Assembly (NCBI GenBank): GCA_036677065.1
Contig: JAKFBS010000002.1
Location: forward strand, 32,001 to 96,000
Direction of reading: 5' to 3'
Origin: Bdellovibrio sp.
GTDB taxonomy: Bacteria > Bdellovibrionota > Bdellovibrionia > Bdellovibrionales > Bdellovibrionaceae
DNA: 64,000 bases
Position numbers and translations under genes: made by a program. Positions 48,309 to 58,653 of this stretch are shown one piece after another. The notes under the pieces were generated by a model. It saw only the letters and a list, made by a program, of their open reading frames with translations. It did not search any database and was not told where the DNA came from. Positions within the stretch are counted from its first letter, which is position 1. Each line of letters begins with the position of its first letter.

Positions 48309-49697
48309 ATGCGAAAACTAGAGGGCCGATGGACTGACAAACTCAGCGTGATTTCTCAAGTTCTTGATTCAGTCGGAACTAGCGCCATCGGTTGGTTATT
48401 GTATGCCTTATTTAACTATCAAATGACTTTACCTTCTGACTATTCGATGATGGTGACCCTTAATTTTTTATTAATTTTACTGATCTTTCCTAAATTTAAA
48501 CTTTACAGTTCTTGGCGCGGACGAAGTCGTATTCGCAGAGCATTTCAGGTTCTTTATGCATGGGTCTGTGTATTAGTCGCAATTTTAGTGGCTTTATTCA
48601 TGTTAAAAAGTTCGGCCATTTTTTCAAGAAAGTGGTTTTTTATTTGGGGCGTTTCGGCTTACTTTTACCTAGTAATCTATCGCGCGGTAATCGATCAGAT
48701 ATTAAATTTCTTACGTAAACACAAATTCAACAGAAAAATGATCGTTGTTTACGGTGCCGGTGCAGTCGGTAAAAGTGTTCAAGAAAAACTTTCTGAAAAC
48801 TATGAAGTGGGTTTTGATATTTTGGCTTTCGTTGATGATAACGAAAAAATTCAAGATACAAAGATCAATGGTGTGCCCGTCTTGGCCCCGACAAAACTTA
48901 ATAATTTAATGGGTGAGTGCGACGAGATTTGGTTGGCGCTTCCTTTGCGAGCTGATAAACGAATGCAGGAAATCTTACACGATACGCGACACCACACTTG
49001 CGTAATTCGCTTCATTCCAGACATCTTTAATTTTCGGTTGCTAAATCACTCTGTCACTGAAATCGCTGATATCCCCATTATTGAAATTAATGGAACGCCG
49101 ATGAGCTGGGTGGATCGCCTTGCGAAAAGAATTTCGGATTTTATTTTAGCGACAATTATCCTATTTCTAATTTCTCCGATCCTTTTAACTATTGCGCTTG
49201 CGATCAAGTTAACTTCGCGTGGACCAATTCTTTATAAACAAACGCGTCACGGCTGGAGTGGTAAGTCTATCAATGTTTATAAATTCAGAAGCATGTATTT
49301 CGAAAAAAACGAAGTGTTTAAACAAGCCACTTCTGTGGATTGTCGTATTACTCCAGTGGGTAAGTTTTTAAGAAAAACTAGCCTTGATGAGCTGCCGCAG
49401 TTTTTCAACGTGCTTCAAGGTCGTATGTCGATCGTAGGTCCTCGTCCACACGCGATTGTGATGAATTTAGAATATCAGGATAAGATTGATAATTACATGC
49501 AACGACACAAGGTTCGTCCAGGTATTACAGGCTGGGCGCAAGTAAATGGCTTTCGCGGCGAGACGGATACGATTGAAAAAATGCAAAAGCGTATCGAGTA
49601 TGATTTATACTATATCGAAAACTGGTCGTTATTTTTTGATTATAGAATTATTTTACAAACAGTATATAAAGGCTTTGTAAATAAAAATGCATATTAA
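48309..49697 (+). CDS. wcaJ: Undecaprenyl-phosphate glucose phosphotransferase (WcaJ-like)
   Basis: N-terminal TMs, YKFRSM, SLDELPQFFNVL, GPRPH and PGITGWAQVNG. Confidence 0.88.
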   Translation: MRKLEGRWTDKLSVISQVLDSVGTSAIGWLLYALFNYQMTLPSDYSMMVTLNFLLILLIFPKFKLYSSWRGRSRIRRAFQVLYAWVCVLVAILVALFMLKSSAIFSRKWFFIWGVSAYFYLVIYRAVIDQILNFLRKHKFNRKMIVVYGAGAVGKSVQEKLSENYEVGFDILAFVDDNEKIQDTKINGVPVLAPTKLNNLMGECDEIWLALPLRADKRMQEILHDTRHHTCVIRFIPDIFNFRLLNHSVTEIADIPIIEINGTPMSWVDRLAKRISDFILATIILFLISPILLTIALAIKLTSRGPILYKQTRHGWSGKSINVYKFRSMYFEKNEVFKQATSVDCRITPVGKFLRKTSLDELPQFFNVLQGRMSIVGPRPHAIVMNLEYQDKIDNYMQRHKVRPGITGWAQVNGFRGETDTIEKMQKRIEYDLYYIENWSLFFDYRIILQTVYKGFVNKNAY

Positions 49698-51075
49698 TAG
49701 CGAAATTAAGTCTTGGTCTGCAAAAAAAATTAATCTCTGCATTTTTTTATTTGCATTCACTTTTGCTATCGCTTGTATGTTTACAGCTCGTGAAATAATT
49801 ATTCCTAGAATGAACTGGAATGGCATCGACGGGCATTTAGCGGGCGACCCACAGCTTTATCATAATTTAGCTAAAGAGATGGCTGCAGACATGAAAAAAA
49901 ACGGTATGTCTGCGTTTGTGCTCCGACCGTGGGGTTCTGGGGCGGCGGGCATCGCCAGTTTAGTGTATTTAATTTCTGATTCAGTCTATGGCATTGTTGT
50001 TATTAATGCGTTACTTCATGCTCTGAGTGTTCTGGTCTGTTATTTTATTTTATTGAATTGGTTTTCACGAAGAATATCTTTACTTGGTTCGATACCGTTA
50101 CTTTTGTCGCCGTACAATATGATTTGGTTTTCGCAAATTAATAAAGATAGCTACGCTGTGACTAGTGCTTTGTTAATAATTTATGGAACTATAAAGCTTA
50201 TTAAGAGTACAAATCATAAATTTGACAAGTCAGGTTTTGTCTGGAGTATGTTGGCAGTGCTTTTGGGATCAGTTTTGGCAAGTGTAGTTAGGCCATACCT
50301 TAATCAAATCAATCTGGTCGTTTTATTGCCTGTATTTTTAACCCCGTTAGTGCTTGGGAAAATCAAAAATTGGAAAATTTATTTACCAGCTATTGTGTTA
50401 CTTTTGTACGCAATGAAAATACAGTCAAAGGGTGCAACATCTGATCAGACCATTGATAATTTTAAGACTTTTACTTGGACGCCAGATAAAGCGAAAACTG
50501 AATCTCAAACTGAAAGCTCTGAAAAGGAACTGACTGTCGTAGATAAGTGTTATATTTCGGTCAGTGATGGAACTTGGAAAAATGATTTTAGAGTTCAATT
50601 CGTGAATGATAAGGTCAGAGGTCTTGTCGGTCAGCGATGCAATATATTTACTTTTCTTTATAGCGAAAAAAATCTAAATACCCTCGATTCGATTGTCGAC
50701 TATGACATTCTTCCGAATTCAACTAAGCAAGCATTTGCATATTTCCCACGTGCAGCTAGTTATGGAATTTTTGCGCCCTGGCCAAGTGATTGGTTTTTTG
50801 TTTTTAAAAAAAGATTTTCGTTTATTTACACGATTGCGCCGATAGAAGCGTTCTTTATTTATCTGGGCTTGTTGTTTTTGTTTTATTGGGTTTGCGTTGA
50901 AAAACAGTTTTTAGTGTTCGTGCCGATATTTATATCATTTTCTGTTATGGGTATTTATGGCCTGTCGACGCCCTTTTTAGGAGCTTTGTATAGATATCGT
51001 TATCCATGGTGGATGCTTTTGCTTGGCTTGGGTATAGGAGCTATACTAACACTGAAAAAAAAGAAGGATACATGA
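49687..51075 (+). CDS. Polytopic membrane protein, GT-C/polymerase-like
   Basis: GDPQLYH after TM1, NKD, RPY and C-terminal RYR. Polysaccharide-locus context. Confidence 0.55.
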   Translation: MHINSEIKSWSAKKINLCIFLFAFTFAIACMFTAREIIIPRMNWNGIDGHLAGDPQLYHNLAKEMAADMKKNGMSAFVLRPWGSGAAGIASLVYLISDSVYGIVVINALLHALSVLVCYFILLNWFSRRISLLGSIPLLLSPYNMIWFSQINKDSYAVTSALLIIYGTIKLIKSTNHKFDKSGFVWSMLAVLLGSVLASVVRPYLNQINLVVLLPVFLTPLVLGKIKNWKIYLPAIVLLLYAMKIQSKGATSDQTIDNFKTFTWTPDKAKTESQTESSEKELTVVDKCYISVSDGTWKNDFRVQFVNDKVRGLVGQRCNIFTFLYSEKNLNTLDSIVDYDILPNSTKQAFAYFPRAASYGIFAPWPSDWFFVFKKRFSFIYTIAPIEAFFIYLGLLFLFYWVCVEKQFLVFVPIFISFSVMGIYGLSTPFLGALYRYRYPWWMLLLGLGIGAILTLKKKKDT

Positions 51076-52418
51076 ATTTCCAAGTATCAAAAATGAATAC
51101 GTTTTCTTTGTTAGTCGCTCTTTGTATGTTGGGCGTGTTGTTTAGTGGATTTTTTCAAATTTTACAGATGCAAGTATTTGATACCGTCTTTGTAACATCA
51201 AAATTTATCAAGGTTATAGCGCTCATTGCTTTGGTTATGCCTTGCGCTTATATTTTTTACAGATTGCTGCGTTCGCAGATAAGCATGAAACTGCATTATT
51301 CGAAATTCTATTTGGCTCTTATAATTTTTGCGTTTGTTAGGCTGTTTATAAAATACGATACAGCCCCATCAATTGCTTTAGCGGCCTGGGCCTATTCTTT
51401 TTCGTTATGCCCGTTAATACTTCTTTATCTAGAGTTCTATGACAATGGTTTCTCAATAACAAAATCAGTTTTTAAATATTTCCTTTTTCTATTTTTACTT
51501 TTTTTTGCTGTAAACGCTGTAATAGCGCATTACGAATACCTTAATAATGCATACTTTTTTGATTTTCACGTTTTGAGTACATTGAGACAGCTAGATCTTC
51601 TTAAGATAGATAATATTGGTGTCGTTATTCGGCACAGTGTTTTCTTTAAGTCGCCCGTTGAGATGGGAATCACGTCTGTTGTCGTAGCAGTAGGCTCGCT
51701 GATTTTGGCCCTAAAACTACCTGGAAGAAAAAGTGTTATTTTTTCTGTTATTTGGATGGTGTGTTGTTTTTTAGCTTTAACTACAGCTGTTCGAACTGTG
51801 CTGCTAATGTTGCTTTGCAGTTCTGTTTATATATTAATTAAAATGCGTGCGCAGAAATCGAAGAAAGCATTGCTTATTTTAGCGCCTTCAATTTACTCAT
51901 TAGTAATGTCATATTTTTCGAACCTTCAGTATAAAGAATATTGGCTGACTATTCTTAATCCCACAAATTTGTTTAATAGATTAGTTCTTTGGGCAAAATA
52001 TTTAGGATTAAATACTGATTACGGCAACTTTCTTTTAGCAAATAGTACGGTAGATTCTGAATCTTTAAGGAAGGTGAGTTCGTTAAGTAATTTCTCGGTT
52101 ATGGAATTTATTTTTGGAAAGGGTAATGTGCAAAATGGTAACATCGATGCGGCGCGAGCTGTGGCATTTGATAATACGTATATGGCGACATTGTCTCTTG
52201 CAGGTTTTATAGGTCTATTTTTTCTGCTCATGTTTATGGTGAGTTTTTTTTGCAGTAAGGGAAGAGGTAGTTCTGAGTTAAGGCAGGCGGTTATTATAGG
52301 CTTAGCGGCTTCATTTTTTACAGAAAATTTACTTAATTTGCTGTATTTACCGTTTCTTTTGGTCATCGTCTATGAGTCTGCGCTTGATTATATTCAAGGT
52401 AGCACAGCACGGGGATGA
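51072..52418 (+). CDS. Wzy/O-antigen-ligase-like polytopic membrane protein
   Basis: More than 10 TM segments and FG.G...DNTY...G.IG. ATGA overlap with the upstream gene. Confidence 0.6.
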   Translation: MNFQVSKMNTFSLLVALCMLGVLFSGFFQILQMQVFDTVFVTSKFIKVIALIALVMPCAYIFYRLLRSQISMKLHYSKFYLALIIFAFVRLFIKYDTAPSIALAAWAYSFSLCPLILLYLEFYDNGFSITKSVFKYFLFLFLLFFAVNAVIAHYEYLNNAYFFDFHVLSTLRQLDLLKIDNIGVVIRHSVFFKSPVEMGITSVVVAVGSLILALKLPGRKSVIFSVIWMVCCFLALTTAVRTVLLMLLCSSVYILIKMRAQKSKKALLILAPSIYSLVMSYFSNLQYKEYWLTILNPTNLFNRLVLWAKYLGLNTDYGNFLLANSTVDSESLRKVSSLSNFSVMEFIFGKGNVQNGNIDAARAVAFDNTYMATLSLAGFIGLFFLLMFMVSFFCSKGRGSSELRQAVIIGLAASFFTENLLNLLYLPFLLVIVYESALDYIQGSTARG

Positions 52419-52482
52419 AAATGTCGATTTGCGACAATCGGTATGTCTTGCCGATCTTCAAAACTAAAGGCATTTTTAGTAT

Positions 52483-53388
52483 ATGGCAAATAAACACAAA
52501 ATCCGTAAAGTCATAATACCTGCTGCAGGCTTGGGCACTCGCTTTTTTCCAGCTACAAAAACCGTTCCTAAAGAAATGCTTCCTATCGTGGATCGTCCAG
52601 CTATTTTGTATGTGATCGAAGAAGCCGTGCAGGCCGGTATTACTGATATTATTTTAATTCAAGGGCGCGGAAAGACGGCGATCGAAGATTTTTTCGACGT
52701 GAGCTATGAGCTTGAAGATAAGCTAGTTCGTGATGGCAAAGAAGATGTTTTAAAGCAAATTCAATATATTCGTAATAACACTAACATTATCTCAGTTCGT
52801 CAAAAAGCAGCGTTGGGCCTAGGGCATGCTGTTCGTTGCGCTGAAAGCATTATTGGCGATGAACCCTTCGCTGTTTTGCTTGGCGATGAGATCACAATTT
52901 CAAAAGAACAAAAAAACAATGTTACCCATCACTTAATTAAAAACTGTGAAGAAAGGCAAAACAGCGGTGTATGGGTTTTGCCAGTTGAACCAAATGAAAC
53001 ACATAAATACGGAATCGTTGATTTAACTTCGCAGCATAAGAATTCAAGTTATAATGATTTAATAGCAGGACTTAAAGTGAGAGGTGTAGTTGAAAAACCT
53101 AAACCAGAAGTCGCTCCGTCGCGCTGGGCGTTGCCAGGGCGTTATGTATTTCAAGCTGAAATTATGAAATACTTAAATGATATTAAACCTGGTTATAATG
53201 GCGAATTACAGCTTTCAGATGCAATGAATTTGATGGCGCAAAAATCTGATTTAATGGCTTATAGCTTTGAAGCTCGTCGTTTTGATACAGGAGATAAACT
53301 AGGTTTTCTACAAGCGAATATCGAGCTTGCATTAGATCGTCCAGAGTTAAGAGACGATCTTTTAAAATTCATCAAAGGAAAAGTATAA
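52483..53388 (+). CDS. galU: UTP--glucose-1-phosphate uridylyltransferase
   Basis: IPAAGLGTRFFPATK..PKEMLP, LGLGHA, VEKP and GELQL. Confidence 0.93.
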   Translation: MANKHKIRKVIIPAAGLGTRFFPATKTVPKEMLPIVDRPAILYVIEEAVQAGITDIILIQGRGKTAIEDFFDVSYELEDKLVRDGKEDVLKQIQYIRNNTNIISVRQKAALGLGHAVRCAESIIGDEPFAVLLGDEITISKEQKNNVTHHLIKNCEERQNSGVWVLPVEPNETHKYGIVDLTSQHKNSSYNDLIAGLKVRGVVEKPKPEVAPSRWALPGRYVFQAEIMKYLNDIKPGYNGELQLSDAMNLMAQKSDLMAYSFEARRFDTGDKLGFLQANIELALDRPELRDDLLKFIKGKV

Positions 53389-53389
53389 A

Positions 53390-54001
53390 ATGACTTCACT
53401 TAAAGAGTTATTCAAAAAAGAAGCCACAGAGGCTTTGCAAAATATCCAAGCGATTTTAGATAATCCGAAAATGCTTCAAAGTTTTGAAGAATCAGCGAGC
53501 ATGATCGCCCAAAGCTTAAAAGCAGGCGGTACGCTATATGTAGCGGGTAATGGTGGTTCAGCCGCAGATGCTCAACACATGGTCGCGGAGTTAGTGGTGA
53601 AGTTAAATAAAAATCGTGATCCGCTCCGTGCAGTTGCTTTAACTGTGGATACATCAATTATCACGGCGGCGGGAAATGATTTTAGTTACGATGATATTTT
53701 CAGTCGCCAAGTTGAAGCCTTAGCTAGGCCAAATGATGTGTTCTTGGGAATTACAACCTCAGGTAATTCTAAAAATATTTTGAATTGTTTTAATATTTGT
53801 AAAAAGATTGGTGCGAAGTCGATTTGTTTAACTGGTAAAGACGGTGGTAAAGCCGTTAAAGAAAATATGGCTGATCTGAATGTAGTGATGAATGGTCCTA
53901 ATACTGCCCGTATTCAAGAAGGTCATGCTATTTGGTACCATACGATGTGCTACGCTCTTGAATTGATGTTGGTCGAATCAGGCACGATTAGTTATCGCTA
54001 G
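53390..54001 (+). CDS. gmhA: Sedoheptulose-7-phosphate isomerase
   Basis: GNGGSAADAQH, GNDF, FSRQ, TSGNS and RIQE.H. Confidence 0.92.
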   Translation: MTSLKELFKKEATEALQNIQAILDNPKMLQSFEESASMIAQSLKAGGTLYVAGNGGSAADAQHMVAELVVKLNKNRDPLRAVALTVDTSIITAAGNDFSYDDIFSRQVEALARPNDVFLGITTSGNSKNILNCFNICKKIGAKSICLTGKDGGKAVKENMADLNVVMNGPNTARIQEGHAIWYHTMCYALELMLVESGTISYR

Positions 54002-54006
54002 TAGCG

Positions 54007-55158
54007 CTAATGTAAATTCAGCAGGATGTCTTTAAACAACAAGTCTTGAATCCGTTCACAGGCACGGCCATCGCCAAACGGATTTTTTGCTTGGGCCATT
54101 TTCGCGTAAACATTTTGGTCGTCTAAAAGCTCAACCACAGTTGCTATAAATAATTCTTTCTGTAAAGGCACTAGTTTTGAAGTGCCAGCTGCGATCGCTT
54201 CTGGGCGCTCGGTGTTTTCACGAGCGATTAATACCGGTTTTCCGAGCGAGGGAGCCTCTTCCTGGATGCCGCCAGAATCCGTAATAATAAAGTGCGCCCG
54301 ATTCATTAAATAAACAAACGGAATATAATCAACAGGCTCCACTAGGTGAATGCTTGCCGGGCGGTCAGAGAAAATTTCTGCAGCTAATTTTCGAACTTCG
54401 GGGTTTAAATGCAACGGTATAACAAACTGAATATCACTGCGCTTAGCGAGTTCGAGGATGCCTTGCATGACTATTTTTATATTCTTTTCGAAAGATTCTC
54501 TACGATGAAGAGTTACGAGAATTAATTTTTTTGACATGTCTAAATAAGCAAATTGTGTTTGAAAGCTTTGCTTAAGTTCTATTGAATTTTCAATACGATT
54601 TTTAACTTCAAATAAAGCATCAATGCCTGTGTTGCCAGTCACAAAAATTTTACTGTCGTCGGTGTGCTCATGTAAAAGATTTTGTTTGGCTTCAATCGTC
54701 GGCGCTAGGTGCATATGTGTTATTAAGGACAGGGTTTTGCGATTAAATTCTTCTGGAAATGGCGACTGAATATCATGCGAGCGAAGGCCTGCTTCTAGGT
54801 GAATAATTTTAATTTTATTATAAAAAGCCACCAGGCCGCCAATGCAGCTGCTAGTCGTGTCGCCCTGAACGATGATGCTGTCTATCGGTTTATCGATTTG
54901 GTTTTGGAGATCGATGATATCCTGAATGCCAGTCATTACTCGCGTTGATAATGATGACAAGCTTTGGCCAGGTTTCATTAAGTCTAAATCAAAATCAGGT
55001 GTGATCTTGAAAAAACTTAATAGTGGCTTAAGCATTTCGCGATGTTGTCCAGTAGAACAGACTAAAATGTTGTGTTGTGATTGTTTGAGTTTTAAAATGA
55101 GAGGAGCAACTTTAATGGCTTCTGGGCGTGTGCCAAAAATAAATAAAAGTGTTTTCAT
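54007..55158 (-). CDS. wecB: UDP-GlcNAc 2-epimerase (non-hydrolysing)
   Basis: FGTRPEAIK, TGQH, QGDT, EAGLRS, PFPEE, TDSGGIQEEAP and NPFGDG. Confidence 0.93.
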   Translation of the reverse strand: MKTLLFIFGTRPEAIKVAPLILKLKQSQHNILVCSTGQHREMLKPLLSFFKITPDFDLDLMKPGQSLSSLSTRVMTGIQDIIDLQNQIDKPIDSIIVQGDTTSSCIGGLVAFYNKIKIIHLEAGLRSHDIQSPFPEEFNRKTLSLITHMHLAPTIEAKQNLLHEHTDDSKIFVTGNTGIDALFEVKNRIENSIELKQSFQTQFAYLDMSKKLILVTLHRRESFEKNIKIVMQGILELAKRSDIQFVIPLHLNPEVRKLAAEIFSDRPASIHLVEPVDYIPFVYLMNRAHFIITDSGGIQEEAPSLGKPVLIARENTERPEAIAAGTSKLVPLQKELFIATVVELLDDQNVYAKMAQAKNPFGDGRACERIQDLLFKDILLNLH

Positions 55159-55282
55159 AAGAATAAACACTAAGTGAGCGAAATAGTGTTTATCAAAAAT
55201 TAAATCTTAAAAGGGAAATTTGCTTTTCCTTGTGGCGAGTTGACTCGTGAAATGTACCGTTACGCTACAAGCTTCGATCTTG

Positions 55283-56509
55283 TTAGCCCTTTAACATTTT
55301 CAGAGTAATTTCTTTACCAAGAGTTACGCCGGGTTGATCAAAGGCATTGATATTTTCATGTTCGCCAAGTGTCGCAACAACAAGTTGAAAAAACATAAAT
55401 AAATAACCTAATGATTTGGCTTTGTTCGAATCATCGACAGTGAAAAATTCGCACGATACGCCATTTTGTTTTAGTGCCTCGTACGTGGCTTTTGACTGGC
55501 AAGCTATGAGTTCGCCATAATTGCGGCCTTGCATAAATTTAATTTCGTCAAAAAGAACCGTGGGTACGGTTTCGCCAGAATTTTCAACAGAGTTGAAATT
55601 AAAAAAGCAGACAAATTTATTTTTTGGTCCGTGAGCTACTTGTTGTAAAATCGAATGTTGATCACATGAACCAATGGCGATCATTGGTGTACTAAAACCA
55701 GGTGCTGGTTTTCCGTTACGATCAGTTTTTTTACCAAGAGATTCAGCCCAAAGCTGTTGTAACCAACTTCCAAACCAACGAAAACTTGAATTATAAAACC
55801 AAAATAAAGTGATATTTTCATCACGTTTAAATGAGTTTAAAAATGAATCACAAATAGAAGCGATTTTTATTTTCTCTTCTAAAGCAGCGGCTGCGCCGGC
55901 TTGCATCTCTTTCGAATCTAAGCCGCAAATCTCGGCGATAACCAGGCCAACTGGCGAAAGCACTGAAAAGCGACCACCAATATTAATAGGCACTTCAAGC
56001 AAGGGGCGATTGTGCGTGCGGGCAAAGTTGGCTAAGGGGTTCGGGGTTAATTCGCTGATAAAGTAACTTTGCTGAATGATGTCACATTTAAGTGCTTTTG
56101 CTAGATTTTCTAGCTGTGAATAGTTCCATAGAATTTCAATTGTAGAGCCCGATTTTGAAATACAGATAAATGCAGTTTTTGATAAATGTGGCTTAACGCT
56201 GTTCCAAATGGTCGTAAATTCTGCAGAGTCGACATTATCTAAAAAATGCACATTGGTTTTGCCGCTGAGCTCAGTGATGCAGCGTGCGCCCATAGAGCTT
56301 CCGCCGATGCCGATAAGAACAAAGTGCGTGTATTTAGCAACTAGTTCGGCGCCTAAGGCCTTAGAGCTGTTATGATAATCATCAGATTTTGCTAAACGAG
56401 TAAACGCTAAATTTGGCCAAATTTGGTCAATTTTGTCAGTGATAGAACGGTTAACAATTTCTGAATTAGAAGTCGAATTATCATTAAATTTTAAAATGCT
56501 GGAAATCAT
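55283..56509 (-). CDS. pgi: Glucose-6-phosphate isomerase
   Basis: IGIGGS, SKSGSTIE, GGRFSV, QLWAESLGK, DQHS and FDQPGV. Confidence 0.92.
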   Translation of the reverse strand: MISSILKFNDNSTSNSEIVNRSITDKIDQIWPNLAFTRLAKSDDYHNSSKALGAELVAKYTHFVLIGIGGSSMGARCITELSGKTNVHFLDNVDSAEFTTIWNSVKPHLSKTAFICISKSGSTIEILWNYSQLENLAKALKCDIIQQSYFISELTPNPLANFARTHNRPLLEVPINIGGRFSVLSPVGLVIAEICGLDSKEMQAGAAAALEEKIKIASICDSFLNSFKRDENITLFWFYNSSFRWFGSWLQQLWAESLGKKTDRNGKPAPGFSTPMIAIGSCDQHSILQQVAHGPKNKFVCFFNFNSVENSGETVPTVLFDEIKFMQGRNYGELIACQSKATYEALKQNGVSCEFFTVDDSNKAKSLGYLFMFFQLVVATLGEHENINAFDQPGVTLGKEITLKMLKG

Positions 56510-56613
56510 ATGCCATCAGACTAGCAACTTAAAAAAAATGACGCAAGTAAGATAATAAGTTGATAAAAATGTAAATTAATTTATTATTTTGTATTCGATA
56601 GAATGAGGTTGTT

Positions 56614-57714
56614 GTGAATAAATCAAATGCCAAAAAAGTTGCATTAATCACTGGAGTTACTGGGCAGGATGGTGCTTACCTTTCTGAGTTGTTGTTGTCT
56701 AAAAATTATGAAGTTCATGGTATCAAAAGAAGAACGTCTTTGTTTAATACAGACCGCATTGACCATCTTTTTGAGAAATCGAACACGGCAGGAATGCCAT
56801 TTCATCTTCATCACGGCGACATGACTGATTCGTCATCGCTATTGCGCATTATTCAATTGGTACAGCCGGATGAAATTTACAATTTAGCAGCGCAAAGTCA
56901 CGTGGCCGTATCTTTTGAAGAGCCAGAATACACAGCAAATTCTGATGCTTTAGGTGCACTTCGTATTTTAGAAGCTATTCGTATTTTAGGTTTAACTAAA
57001 AAAACAAAATTTTACCAAGCTTCAACTTCTGAGTTATATGGTTTGGTGCAAGAAATTCCTCAAAAAGAAACTACACCTTTTTATCCACGTTCTCCGTATG
57101 CAGTTGCGAAAATGTATGCTTACTGGATTACGATCAATTACCGTGAAGCTTACGGAATTTACGGCTGTAACGGGATTTTATTCAATCATGAAAGCCCACT
57201 GCGTGGTGAAACTTTCGTGACTCGTAAAATCACGCGTGCATTAGCGCGCATTAAATTAGGTACCCAAGAGATTTTAACTTTAGGTAACATGGATTCATTA
57301 CGCGATTGGGGTCATGCCAAAGATTACGTTGAAATGATGTGGCTAATGTTACAACAAGAGACTCCTGAAGATTTCGTGATCGCAACAGGTCAGCAACAAA
57401 GTGTGCGTGAGTTCGTGAATTTAGCGGCCCTTGAGTTAGGAATCAAAATCAGATGGGAAGGCACTGGTGTTGACGAAAAAGGCTACGATGTAGCTACTGG
57501 TCGTTGCATTGTTGCTGTTGATAGTAAGTACTTTCGCCCAACAGAAGTTGAAACTTTATTAGGTGATGCAACTAAAGCACGTACAAAATTAAAATGGACG
57601 CCTAAAATCACTTTTGCTGAGCTAGTTAAAGAAATGGTTAAGTCTGACATGATCGTTGCTGAAAACGAAGTGAAGCACGGAACTCTTAAAAAAATCATGA
57701 GAGTTGAGCTGTAA
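56614..57714 (+). CDS. gmd: GDP-mannose 4,6-dehydratase
   Basis: [29 protein letters not shown] and [15 protein letters not shown]. Confidence 0.96.
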   Translation: MNKSNAKKVALITGVTGQDGAYLSELLLSKNYEVHGIKRRTSLFNTDRIDHLFEKSNTAGMPFHLHHGDMTDSSSLLRIIQLVQPDEIYNLAAQSHVAVSFEEPEYTANSDALGALRILEAIRILGLTKKTKFYQASTSELYGLVQEIPQKETTPFYPRSPYAVAKMYAYWITINYREAYGIYGCNGILFNHESPLRGETFVTRKITRALARIKLGTQEILTLGNMDSLRDWGHAKDYVEMMWLMLQQETPEDFVIATGQQQSVREFVNLAALELGIKIRWEGTGVDEKGYDVATGRCIVAVDSKYFRPTEVETLLGDATKARTKLKWTPKITFAELVKEMVKSDMIVAENEVKHGTLKKIMRVEL

Positions 57715-57717
57715 GAT

Positions 57718-58641
57718 ATGAAAATATTGATCACCGGATCTGGTGGTATGGTTGGTCAAAATTTAGCGCTTCACAGCGGATTAAGATCACATGAGCTTCT
57801 TACACCAAAACGTGGCGAGCTAGATCTAAAAAATTATGCTGATGTTGTTCATTATTTAAAAAAAAATCAGCCAGAAATGATTATTCATACGGCGGGTCGT
57901 GTTGGTGGTATTCAAGCCAATGTGGCCCATCCGGTAGATTTTTTAATTGAAAACATTGATATCAATCGCAATGTTATTTTAGCCGCACAAAAAGCTGATG
58001 TAAAAAAATTGATTAATTTAGGCAGCTCTTGCATGTACCCAAGAAATGCTCACAATCCATTAACAGAAGATCTTATTTTAAAAGGCGAGCTAGAACCTAC
58101 TAATGAAGGTTATGCTTTAGCAAAGATCTTTTCGCAAAGGTTGTGTCAGTACATTCAAAAAGAGCATCCAGAATTTAAATATAAAACTTTAGTGCCATGT
58201 AACTTATACGGCGAATACGATAAATTTAGTCCTGAACATTCGCATTTAATTCCGGCAGTGATTCGTAAACTTCATCTTGCAAAAGAAAATTCAACTTCTG
58301 AAGTTGATATTTGGGGTGACGGCACCGCACGCCGCGAATTTATGTATGTGGGAGACCTTGCAGATTGTATTTGGCAAGCGGTGAACAAATTTGATTCGAT
58401 GCCAGATTTAATGAATGTGGGTCTTGGATTTGATTATTCAGTGAATGAGTATTACGAAGCCGCAAGTAAAGTTATTGGCTATCAAGGAAAATTTGTTCAC
58501 GATTTAACTAAACCTGTTGGTATGAAGCAAAAATTGGTTTGCACCGCGCGCGCAGCTGAATGGGGCTGGAAAGCCAGTCATTCGTTACAGCAGGGTTTAG
58601 AAAAAACTTATAAACATTTTTTAACTTTAACGAATAAATAA
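57718..58641 (+). CDS. GDP-4-keto-deoxyhexose epimerase/reductase (Fcl/ColC family), probably GDP-colitose synthase
   Basis: GRVGGI.AN, LGSSCMYP, LEPTNEGYALAK and WGDG.ARREF. Lies between gmd and colD. Confidence 0.85.
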   Translation: MKILITGSGGMVGQNLALHSGLRSHELLTPKRGELDLKNYADVVHYLKKNQPEMIIHTAGRVGGIQANVAHPVDFLIENIDINRNVILAAQKADVKKLINLGSSCMYPRNAHNPLTEDLILKGELEPTNEGYALAKIFSQRLCQYIQKEHPEFKYKTLVPCNLYGEYDKFSPEHSHLIPAVIRKLHLAKENSTSEVDIWGDGTARREFMYVGDLADCIWQAVNKFDSMPDLMNVGLGFDYSVNEYYEAASKVIGYQGKFVHDLTKPVGMKQKLVCTARAAEWGWKASHSLQQGLEKTYKHFLTLTNK

Positions 58642-58653
58642 TAAAGGATTGTT

